NCBI GenBank assembly: GCA_011605865.1
Contig: JAAOZI010000015.1
Span: forward strand, 12,929-76,928
Source of the DNA: Archaeoglobales archaeon
GTDB lineage: Archaea; Halobacteriota; Archaeoglobi; Archaeoglobales; Archaeoglobaceae
Direction of reading: 5' to 3'
Length of the DNA: 64,000 nt
Shown piece after piece: positions 56,331 to 64,000 of the stretch. The notes beneath the pieces are model-generated. The model was given only the letters and a program-made list of their open reading frames with translations, searched no databases and was not told the DNA's origin. A program made the position numbers and the translations under genes. Numbering within the stretch: position 1 is the first letter of the stretch; every line of letters starts with the position of its first letter.

Positions 56331-57293
56331 CTATGGCAAATATCTTATAAAATCATTCTCTTCTTTCCTTATCTTTCCCTGCAATCTCAAATGCTCAAGA
56401 TGCGCAATTGTTTCGCCAACTGCGAACCATTTCTGCATTGTAGGAAGTTCTTCCCATTTTTCATATACAAGATCCCAAGTTATTTTCTGTGCTATTTCCC
56501 AAGCTAGGCTGCTACCTTTTTGTACTGCGTTAAAAGCCTCCTCAAGCCTCTTTTTGTGGTGAAAAATTATTTCTTCTATTCTCCTTCTATGTGAACCGCG
56601 AAAGTTCCTGTGTCCTGGCAAAGTGAGATCGACATCTAACCTGTAAACTTTTTCTAGGCTTTTTAGATAACTGCCAAGAGAATCTTCCATGAACTCCCAA
56701 AAAGTTATGTTAGGTGTTATATCGAAAAGAATATGGTCTCCAGAAAATAGAACCTTTTTTTCTTTATCGTACAAGCAGACATGTCCTGGAGTATGGCCGG
56801 GAGTAGAGACTACTTCCAATAGAAAATCTCCATATTCTATTTTTTCTCCATCTTCGAGGAACGTAATTTCACAAGTGAGTTCGGAAATATATTTCACGCC
56901 AGGATGAATCTTTACGACCTTCTTAGTTTCATCTTCCGGAAAACCATTTCTGGCATAAAAATCCGTCAAATCTTTCCAGTAATCGGGATTAAGAATTCCC
57001 TTTACTGCCATTTCAGCGTCTATCCTACTAATGAGGAGATTTTTCGCAATTTTTCCAGCTAAACCAAGATGATCTGCATGTAAATGTGTCGCAAGAACGT
57101 CCACTTTTTTTGGTTCAATACCAAGCTTCCTTAGCCCGCCAAGCATCGCAGCGTAGCATTGCTCCATGTTAAAGCCTGTATCGATAATAAGTGGTCTTTT
57201 GCCAGTTATTACATAGGAGTTTAGAGATTTCAGCGGATTGTTGGGCAATGGGACTTCAATCCTGTAAAGTCCTTCCATTATTTTTTCCATCAT
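56331..57293 (-). CDS. MBL-fold metallo-hydrolase
   Basis: THLHADHLG motif, a downstream TPGHTPGH, and a C-terminal winged-helix-like tail. Confidence 0.8.
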   Translation of the reverse strand: MMEKIMEGLYRIEVPLPNNPLKSLNSYVITGKRPLIIDTGFNMEQCYAAMLGGLRKLGIEPKKVDVLATHLHADHLGLAGKIAKNLLISRIDAEMAVKGILNPDYWKDLTDFYARNGFPEDETKKVVKIHPGVKYISELTCEITFLEDGEKIEYGDFLLEVVSTPGHTPGHVCLYDKEKKVLFSGDHILFDITPNITFWEFMEDSLGSYLKSLEKVYRLDVDLTLPGHRNFRGSHRRRIEEIIFHHKKRLEEAFNAVQKGSSLAWEIAQKITWDLVYEKWEELPTMQKWFAVGETIAHLEHLRLQGKIRKEENDFIRYLP

Positions 57294-57394
57294 TTATACT
57301 CCTCTCATATGTTTTAAATCTTTGTTTTCTTTAATCAACAATAGCAGATTAATGGGTATCGTATTAAAATATTTATAATTATAAATAATAAAAT

Positions 57395-58822
57395 TTAATC
57401 TTTAATTCCAACCAAATATTTTGCAATTCTCTTTTTCTCCTCGAAATCGTAACTTCTCCAGATCGCTATGTCCTCCATAACCGGAGAACCCCCTCCGTGA
57501 ACCCCAGCTACGGCCATTACGCCTCCAAGGGAACTGCAAAGAATGTTTGAAATTCCAAAGAGACAGCGATACACGTTCTCCGGAGGTACTTCTTTTCTCC
57601 TCTTTATATATTTGTCTATCAGCGGTCTCAACTCTGGATTTAAGTAATCTTCTGCAAACGGCAGACACGCTGGCAAACCTCCCGCCAATTCTGCAAGTAT
57701 TTGCAGTTCATGATAGTAATTGAGTCCAGCATGTCTCCTACCAACATTTGCGTATATTTCGTTGGGTATGAATGTACCTGCCGGGGTCTTTATTCCCTTT
57801 ACAGCAGATGCTATTCCCGCAGCAAATACTAGCTCCGCAATCGCTGCAAGGTCCACCAGCTTTTCTCTTATGTTGTGTCTGTCATAAACATTGTTGTATT
57901 CTGCAATCAGAGCTCCAAAGCCCATTATTATGTCTGTAGATGCGGGCTTGCAACCCGTATAGCTATGTCTATGGAAAAGAGCAAAAAGATACGCTGCCAA
58001 AGTTGTAAATTTGTTTTCTCCGCAGATAAAAACCCTGTCCCAAGGAACAAAAACATTGTCGAAGATTATCATGTTTTCGTCATCTCCTATCTCTCCTTGG
58101 GGCATCTCAAGACCTTTAGGTGCTCGGAGCTGGCTAGTTCTCGCAACAATTTTGACTCCCTCAGCATCCGCAGGGACTGCAAAGGCAATGCTATAGTCTT
58201 TGTCTCTTTCCGTCATAGCTCTAGTAGGTACGACTATGATTTCATCGGCGATGCTAGCCATGGTTATGCAATTTTTTGCTCCTCTCACAACTATGCCGTC
58301 GCTTCTCATCTCGACAACACGAACATACATGTCGGGATCATCCTGTTCATGCGGTCTTTTGCTTCTATCACCCTTAACGTCAGTCTGAGCACAGGCTGCA
58401 ACTAGATCTCTGTTTTGGAACTCTTTCAGATATTCCACAAATCTCCTATTGTAATCTGTACCATTTTCAACATCTGCCGCAAAAGTTGCAACCGAAAGAG
58501 CATTTATCGCATCGCAGCCCATACATCTCTGGATGCAACCGCCCACAATCTGGCACAGCTTCCTAGTCATGAGCTGTTTCGTCATCAGATCCTCGGCCGA
58601 TTGATTTATATGGGTAAAGCGGTTTATTTTCTTTCCAGTAAGGTGGGAAGTCGCTATCAGTAAGTCCTTAAAATCTGGATGATCTACGAGGTCGAAGGTT
58701 TTAGAAATTACATTTATCCCTCCTCTAAGGAGTGGATCGTCCCTTTTCACTTTCCTACCGGCAACGTATACATTAGGTTTCATTTTGAACAAATCCTGTC
58801 TATACTCTTCGGAAGTTCTCAT
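57395..58822 (-). CDS. 4-hydroxybutyryl-CoA dehydratase family (paralog 2)
   Basis: CIQRC plus HRHSYTGC gives the same C-x3-C ... H-x6-C pattern as paralog 1. I chose the ATG at 58822, 1 nt after the thiolase stop. Confidence 0.8.
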   Translation of the reverse strand: MRTSEEYRQDLFKMKPNVYVAGRKVKRDDPLLRGGINVISKTFDLVDHPDFKDLLIATSHLTGKKINRFTHINQSAEDLMTKQLMTRKLCQIVGGCIQRCMGCDAINALSVATFAADVENGTDYNRRFVEYLKEFQNRDLVAACAQTDVKGDRSKRPHEQDDPDMYVRVVEMRSDGIVVRGAKNCITMASIADEIIVVPTRAMTERDKDYSIAFAVPADAEGVKIVARTSQLRAPKGLEMPQGEIGDDENMIIFDNVFVPWDRVFICGENKFTTLAAYLFALFHRHSYTGCKPASTDIIMGFGALIAEYNNVYDRHNIREKLVDLAAIAELVFAAGIASAVKGIKTPAGTFIPNEIYANVGRRHAGLNYYHELQILAELAGGLPACLPFAEDYLNPELRPLIDKYIKRRKEVPPENVYRCLFGISNILCSSLGGVMAVAGVHGGGSPVMEDIAIWRSYDFEEKKRIAKYLVGIKD

Positions 58823-58823
58823 A

Positions 58824-60023
58824 TCAAACCCTCTCCAGCACACATGCCGCCCCTTGTCCGCCGCCAACACATGCCGTCGCCAATCCGTAGTCCTCGCCTT
58901 TTTCCCTCAAAATCCTAGCAAGAGTTCCGATTAGCCTTGCTCCACTAGCAGCGAGCGGGTGTCCGATTGCTATTGCTCCGCCTTTTACATTCACTTTCTC
59001 AGGTTCTATTTTCAGCTCATTTATTGCATAGAGGGGAACTATTGCGAAAGCTTCGTTTATTTCCCAAAAACTTATGTCTCTAACACTCAAACCGGCCTTT
59101 TCAAGGGCCATTCTGCTCGCAGGTACGGGACCCTTGCCCATCACATTGGGTGGAACTCCAGCATAACCAAAAGCTCTGAATTTTGCTATGGGCTCAACTC
59201 CAAGCTCTTTTACTTTTTCTCTGCTCATTAACATTATCGCACTCGCTCCGGCATTCAATGGAGAGGAATTACCGGCAGTTATCGCTCCTCCAGGCTTAAA
59301 AGCAGGGGGAAGTTTTTCAACAGCCTCTAGTGTTGTATCCGGCCTTATAGATTGATCGTGCTCCACGATCATTCTCTTTCCATCAGCCTGAGGTGCTTCA
59401 ATTGGAAGTATCTCCCCTCTAAAATATCCCTCATTCAAAGCCTTGGCCGCAAGTCTATGGCTCCTTACTCCCCATTCGTCCATATCCCTCTTCGTTATTC
59501 CAAACTTTTCTTTTGCTTCCTCAAAAAGTTTTTCTGCAGTTAGGCCCATTACAAACCCCACAGCCATGTCGTAATCCTTGTATTCATCACTCAGGAGTTT
59601 TTCATTTCTTTTGACGTAGGGGTTATCTGCTCCCATCGGGACTCTTGTCATGTGTTCGTATCCACCAGCGATGACAACGTCCGCAATTCCGCTCGCAATT
59701 TCAAGATAAGCATACATCGCAGTTATTATCGAGGAAGCGCACTGCATGTCCATAAGGGTTGTTGAAACTTCAACGGGATACCTAGCGAGTAATGCAGGCG
59801 ATTTACCACCATATGCCCAATTCTCCCAAACAGGAAAAGCACATCCAACAAGAATTCTATCAACATCCTCTTTTCTAATCCCGATTTTTTCGGGTAGTTT
59901 GTCGAGAACTGCTGCCATTAACTCGTCTCCACGGATCATGTGAAAAACGTCTCTCTGAGGCTCTTTGGGTCGACTTCTAGAAAAAGGCGTTCTCAAAAAG
60001 CCAACTAGGTATACATCCCTCAT
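58824..60023 (-). CDS. Acetyl-CoA C-acyltransferase (canonical thiolase)
   Basis: Nucleophile region MQCASSI, NEAFA, GHPLAASGAR and CVGGGQG. All classical thiolase signatures are present. Confidence 0.92.
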   Translation of the reverse strand: MRDVYLVGFLRTPFSRSRPKEPQRDVFHMIRGDELMAAVLDKLPEKIGIRKEDVDRILVGCAFPVWENWAYGGKSPALLARYPVEVSTTLMDMQCASSIITAMYAYLEIASGIADVVIAGGYEHMTRVPMGADNPYVKRNEKLLSDEYKDYDMAVGFVMGLTAEKLFEEAKEKFGITKRDMDEWGVRSHRLAAKALNEGYFRGEILPIEAPQADGKRMIVEHDQSIRPDTTLEAVEKLPPAFKPGGAITAGNSSPLNAGASAIMLMSREKVKELGVEPIAKFRAFGYAGVPPNVMGKGPVPASRMALEKAGLSVRDISFWEINEAFAIVPLYAINELKIEPEKVNVKGGAIAIGHPLAASGARLIGTLARILREKGEDYGLATACVGGGQGAACVLERV

Positions 60024-60225
60024 TCATCCACCTCCATATCTAACAAACTCAACCATGATTTTTTCAATATCACTTATCTTTTAAGTCTTTCCTAAAAGCG
60101 CAAAAAGTTATATAACGAATTTCTTAAATTTACCATTTTTGCAAAATGGATTTCGCATTTAAATAACAACAAAACTTTTCGATGTTTAATCAGTGAGGGT
60201 TTAAAAATCGAGACATACTTTTTCT

Positions 60226-61257
60226 GTGCAGATAATTGAGGAGAATATTCAAAACAGCGAAGGAGAAATCAAATTGATTCCAGAAACGATTGAAGATCTT
60301 TGGCATCTCAGATTCTTGATCGAAAAAGGTGATAAAGTTTTCTCCATCACAAAGAGGACAACTCAAAGCGATGATAAGCTCAGGAGCGACAAAGAGTTCA
60401 TGATTGTCCGAGTAGGTATTGAAGTTGAAAAAGTTGAGTTTCACAAGTTTGCTAACAGGCTAAGAATAATTGGAAAAATCTTTGCTGGAATTGAAGCTTC
60501 CGGCTTTCATACTCTAAATATAACAGTGGGCAGGGAACTGAGCATAATAAAAAAGTGGAGAAAAGAACAACTTGAAAGACTTAAAGAGGCCGTTGAAAAT
60601 TCTAAAAGACCGGAAATAGTTATACTAACGATTGAAGAGGGTGAAGCTATTGCTGGTGTACTTCGCCAGTGGGGGATTGAGGAGATATTCGAAGAAAGTA
60701 GAAGTTACTCAAAAGGATATAGCAGTGAAAGAGAAGAATTTTTCTCAGAGGTTCTGGAAAAAATTAAAAATCTGAACTTTCGCTTCTTAGTAATAGCTGG
60801 TTCGGGTTTCGCAAAAAAGGACTTTTACAATTTTATCTCTTCGAAAAATCCAGAAATTGCTAGAAAGGCCGTCATCGTAGATACAGCCGGGATTGGAAAA
60901 AGAGGATTCATCGAAGTTCTAAAAAGAAGAGAGATAGATAAGCTCATAGGTCAATTAAGGCTTGCAGAAGAAGCAGAAATGGTAGATTTGTTTCTAAAAA
61001 GAGTTTCAAAAGGAGAAAGAGTCGCCTATGGAATCGAAGACGTAAAAAAAGCCCACGAATACGGGGCAATAGAGACGCTTCTGGTCTCGGACGATTACCT
61101 TCTAAGGGAGAGAGAAAAATGGGATATTGATGGATTCATTGAGAGTGTCAGAACTATGGGCGGAAAAGTGATAATACTAAGCTCCGAATTTGAGCCTGGA
61201 GAGATAATCTCAAAGTTAGGTGGTATCGGTGCGCTTCTCAGATTTGAAATCAAATAA
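60226..61257 (+). CDS. Pelota (Dom34 homolog), mRNA surveillance / ribosome rescue factor
   Basis: 343 aa with EDLWHLRFLIEKGD at the N-terminus, eRF1-like domains 2 and 3, and a GTG start. Confidence 0.88.
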   Translation: MQIIEENIQNSEGEIKLIPETIEDLWHLRFLIEKGDKVFSITKRTTQSDDKLRSDKEFMIVRVGIEVEKVEFHKFANRLRIIGKIFAGIEASGFHTLNITVGRELSIIKKWRKEQLERLKEAVENSKRPEIVILTIEEGEAIAGVLRQWGIEEIFEESRSYSKGYSSEREEFFSEVLEKIKNLNFRFLVIAGSGFAKKDFYNFISSKNPEIARKAVIVDTAGIGKRGFIEVLKRREIDKLIGQLRLAEEAEMVDLFLKRVSKGERVAYGIEDVKKAHEYGAIETLLVSDDYLLREREKWDIDGFIESVRTMGGKVIILSSEFEPGEIISKLGGIGALLRFEIK

Positions 61258-62455
61258 ATGGTTGATTTTTGTAATTCTCTCAAGCATATACTTCTTTGTT
61301 TATTTCCACAGAACATCTCCGGCGGTTATTGCCAATGACCTAATGAGAGAGTTCGGAATCTCGGCTTTAGCCATCGGAATCTTCTCTTCTCTCTACTTTT
61401 ATCCTTATGCTGTTCTTCAGGTTCCAGTTGGGGTTCTAAGCGATACAAAAGGAGCAAAGAAAACGGTTCTGATCTTCACCCTAGTCTCACTTATCGGAGT
61501 TTTCCTTTTCGCTTTCTCTCCAAGCTATGAGATTGTGATACTATCAAGACTTTTAATAGGCATAGGAGTTTCAGGTATCTACATTCCAACTGTCAAGGTA
61601 ATATCAATCTGGTTTAAGCATAACGAGTTTGCAACCGCAATGGGCATCTTGTTTGCAGTCGGAAACTTGGGGGCTATTTTCTCGTCTTTTCCACTTGCCG
61701 TTTCAATCGAGAAAGTCGGCTGGAGAATAACTTTTGCCACTATTGGAATTATCACAGCTATCCTCCTTGCGATGTCCGCTTTTTTTGTGGCAGATTCACC
61801 GCCAGATTTTAAAAGAGAGGGACTTAAGAGGGGGGATCTAAAACTTCTTCTGTATAATTCCTCTCTCTGGCTTCTCGCAATTTCATCATTACTTAGATAC
61901 GGAGCAGTTATGGGATTCCAAGGTTTATGGGGCGGGCCTTTCTTAATAGACGTTCACAAAATGAGTAAGCCCATGGCTGGGACGGTTCTGATGATCTTTG
62001 GGATAGGTAGCATTCTCGGCGCGCCCATACTTGGTAGAATCTCTGATATTATTAGCCAAAGAAAGATAGTACTAGTCCTCTGCGGACTCGGATTCCTAAT
62101 TCTATGGTTTCCCCTTGTTTTGTTTCCAGAAAAACTAAATCTTACAGAAATAAGCCTTATTTCCTTCGGTCTTGGTCTATTCTCGAGCGGAGGACCTATC
62201 GCGTATGCCATTGTCAAGGAGTTATTTCCATTAAGAATGACAGGATTAGCAGTTAGTCTCATTAATGTTTTCCCGTTTATAGGAGCAGGAATCTTTCAAA
62301 CGATTATGGGATACCTTATGGACTCGATTGGTAAAGTTAATGGGGGATATCCCGTCGAAGCCTATCAACTGTCTTTCGAGTTTTGTCTAGTAGCTTCTTT
62401 CATTTCACTAATATGCATATTGTTAGTCAAGGAAAGTAAAATTAATCAATCCTAA
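61220..62455 (+). CDS. MFS transporter
   Basis: 12 predicted TM segments and an MFS loop 2-3 motif region (VGVLSDTKGAKK). The start is uncertain because the listed GTG overlaps pelota by 38 nt. Confidence 0.8.
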   Translation: MVSVRFSDLKSNKWLIFVILSSIYFFVYFHRTSPAVIANDLMREFGISALAIGIFSSLYFYPYAVLQVPVGVLSDTKGAKKTVLIFTLVSLIGVFLFAFSPSYEIVILSRLLIGIGVSGIYIPTVKVISIWFKHNEFATAMGILFAVGNLGAIFSSFPLAVSIEKVGWRITFATIGIITAILLAMSAFFVADSPPDFKREGLKRGDLKLLLYNSSLWLLAISSLLRYGAVMGFQGLWGGPFLIDVHKMSKPMAGTVLMIFGIGSILGAPILGRISDIISQRKIVLVLCGLGFLILWFPLVLFPEKLNLTEISLISFGLGLFSSGGPIAYAIVKELFPLRMTGLAVSLINVFPFIGAGIFQTIMGYLMDSIGKVNGGYPVEAYQLSFEFCLVASFISLICILLVKESKINQS

Positions 62456-62470
62456 TACCAACTAAGCGTA

Positions 62471-62543
62471 AGCCCCGTGGGGTAGTGGTCAATCCTGCCG
62501 GCCTTTGGAGCCGGCGACGAGGGTTCGAATCCCTCCGGGGCTA
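62471..62543 (+). tRNA. tRNA-Gln (TTG)
   Basis: Manual fold: acceptor AGCCCCG/CGGGGCT (A1:U72), anticodon stem CCGGC/GCCGG with loop CTTTGGA, and T-arm GAGGG-TTCGAAT-CCCTC. Confidence 0.92.
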
Positions 62544-62653
62544 ATGAAAAGGATTTTTAATACTGAAATGAAAAGGAAAATTTCGCCTTTAGAGAAACAG
62601 ATGGTCAGAAAATACTTGGATGAAATTTTTATATTTTAACGAGAAGTAGAGTT

Positions 62654-63196
62654 GTGATAAAAGGTTACCTGAAGCTGTTAATCTTAAAAGAACTGGAAAA
62701 AAAAGAGGCTAGTGGTTATGAATTGATCAGAAAATTCGAACAAGGCTTTCAAAGACCTTCTCCGGGCTCGGTATACCCGATTCTGAAAGAGCTCGAGAGC
62801 AGAGAATTAATCAAAGCAAGAAAAGACGGAAGAAAAAGAATTTATTCACTTACAGATAGGGGAAAAGAATTTTTAAGAGAATTTGAGATTAAAGAAAGGG
62901 AAGTTATCCTAAAAAAACTAGAACTTCTAAGCCGATTTGGGATTTTGAATTCAGATGAACTTGAGGAGTTTTCTAAATTTATTATTACCAGAAAAGATAT
63001 CCTTATTCAGCTTTCTAGACTCAGAAATTGGTATAAATTTATCGAGTCTCTTTTTGAATTGGCAAAAACGTCAAAAGACGAGGCAGAGAAAGTGCTCGAA
63101 CACGCTTTGAAAGAGATTGCTGATTACATGAAAATCGACAAGAAAGCCTACGGTTTTAACCGTGGGATGAATTGTCGAGAACGAACACTTTCATAA
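62654..63196 (+). CDS. PadR-family transcriptional regulator
   Basis: LKLLILKELEKKEASGYELI....SPGSVYPILKELESRELI is a winged-helix signature. The last ~15 codons run into the IS relic left end. Confidence 0.8.
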   Translation: MIKGYLKLLILKELEKKEASGYELIRKFEQGFQRPSPGSVYPILKELESRELIKARKDGRKRIYSLTDRGKEFLREFEIKEREVILKKLELLSRFGILNSDELEEFSKFIITRKDILIQLSRLRNWYKFIESLFELAKTSKDEAEKVLEHALKEIADYMKIDKKAYGFNRGMNCRERTLS

Positions 63197-63575
63197 TCGA
63201 AGACTGCCCTGCCCTATGGAAACTCACTGACAGCTGCGCCAAGCTGTACAATGAGCTGAACTTTGAAAGGAGGCAGGCATACATACGCTACAGGCGTTTC
63301 GAGTGTCCAAAGCATCTCTAAAAAAATACGCCCCATTGATAGCTCCGCAATGCCCAGCAGATAATAAAAAAGAGCAACGCGATGATAAACAACTTCTGGA
63401 GCTTCAGCTACATAATCAGAAGGGGTCCTGAACATAGGCTACCTCCATGGAGGTAGCACACCCCTTGCTTCTAAGGTGAACGGGATGAGGTGGGAGCCTA
63501 AAAGGGCTGTGAACAACCTACCGATGAGAGCCTTAGAAGCAAGAATCTCCCGGCTTTAGTCGTGGAGAGTGTCAA
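63150..63575 (+). mobile_element. MITE-like deletion derivative of an IS200/IS605 element: left-end hairpin, tnpB N-terminal fragments, omega-RNA-like right end (end type B)
   Basis: The hairpin acggtt-tt-aaccgt lies at about 63156-63169. Plus-strand fragments read LWKLTDSCAKLYNELNFERRQAYIRYRRF and NAQQIIKKSNAMINNFWSF. There is an 18-nt perfect palindrome, ctacctccatggaggtag. The right-end hairpin ctcccggctttagtcgtggag is at 63547-63567. Confidence 0.7.
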
Positions 63576-63745
63576 CAGAGTTAGCCAAATTTGGAGACTT
63601 TGCTTTCAAGTGACCACCTGAACAAGTCATCAAGCTAGATACAAGAATTTGAAGCCCAGAGAACCAAAAGACCTTCAACATGAGCATCCAACTTATTTGT
63701 ATCGGATTCCGATAAACTTATAAACATTATCTTTTCCCTTTTTGC

Positions 63746-64000
63746 ATGGGAATTAAATTCGAAATCTGCTTACTTTTAATTTTCCTGACTCCAGCTCTAG
63801 CATATAGCATAGATTTTAATTTCTATGCCGTTATTCCAGAAAAGATTCCACCGGGAGATGAAAAAATAACGACACTCGTAATTCAAAGTGAAGTTGTGAC
63901 CGGTTCGAGTTTCCCGCTTGATGAAAATCTCTCAAGCTTGCTACCAGCACTTGCAACTGCGAAAAATGTAAGAATTGAACCAAAAAACAATTATCCCATA
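63746..64000 (+). CDS. Secreted or cell-surface protein, 3' end beyond the window
   Basis: The frame is open from the ATG at 63746 to the window end. The N-terminus MGIKFEICLLLIFLTPALAYS looks like a signal peptide. Confidence 0.5.
   Translation, partial: MGIKFEICLLLIFLTPALAYSIDFNFYAVIPEKIPPGDEKITTLVIQSEVVTGSSFPLDENLSSLLPALATAKNVRIEPKNNYPI

Noticed and set aside
62544-62639. 31-codon ORF directly after tRNA-Gln (MKRIFNTEMKRKISPLEKQMVRKYLDEIFIF)
   Set aside because: It is very short, has no SD or promoter spacing, and starts at the tRNA 3' end. It is most likely chance.
62471-64000. tRNA-Gln-flanked integrated element (tRNA, PadR, IS relic, secreted protein)
   Set aside because: No integrase gene and no direct repeat of the tRNA 3' end are visible in the window. 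The region is cut by the window edge, so the idea cannot be supported.

Overview
Densely coding archaeal chromosome segment. The gene content looks euryarchaeal and Archaeoglobales-like: Topo VI-A, aCPSF1, proteasome beta, Pelota, L10e/S15, H4MPT-linked genes, an archaeosortase, an intron-containing tRNA-Tyr with C1:G72 and an initiator tRNA with A1:U72. The taxon call is inference only. Housekeeping genes (leuS, metG, hisG, argB, lysA, ksgA, 4 tRNAs) are interleaved with a large acyl-CoA metabolism block at about 9.4-23 kb. That block holds methylmalonyl-CoA mutase, epimerase, carboxyltransferase and BCCP, a 4-hydroxybutyryl-CoA dehydratase, crotonases, an ACAD, and an unusual pair of thiolase-like genes followed by two DUF35 genes. 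A second dehydratase/thiolase locus lies at 57.4-60 kb. Other modules are: a bacterial-type DnaQ-exonuclease / DUF294 / two-subunit Na:solute symporter cluster ending in an acs relic; a KaiC-like / Roadblock / 400-aa unknown operon; archaeosortase-psd-pssA; and cbiMQO. No CRISPR array, rRNA gene or recognisable defence system was seen. Four degraded IS200/IS605-type tnpB relics of two end-sequence types are present, and each keeps its right-end (omega-RNA-like) segment. Several genes look disrupted: ACD-like, UbiA-like, DUF357, cbiQ (in-frame TAG) and cbiM (no start codon). The most interesting candidates for undescribed biology are the catalytically deviant thiolase-like/DUF35 four-gene set and the KaiC-Roadblock-unknown operon. 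All functional calls rest on by-eye motif recognition in the supplied translations; no searches were run.
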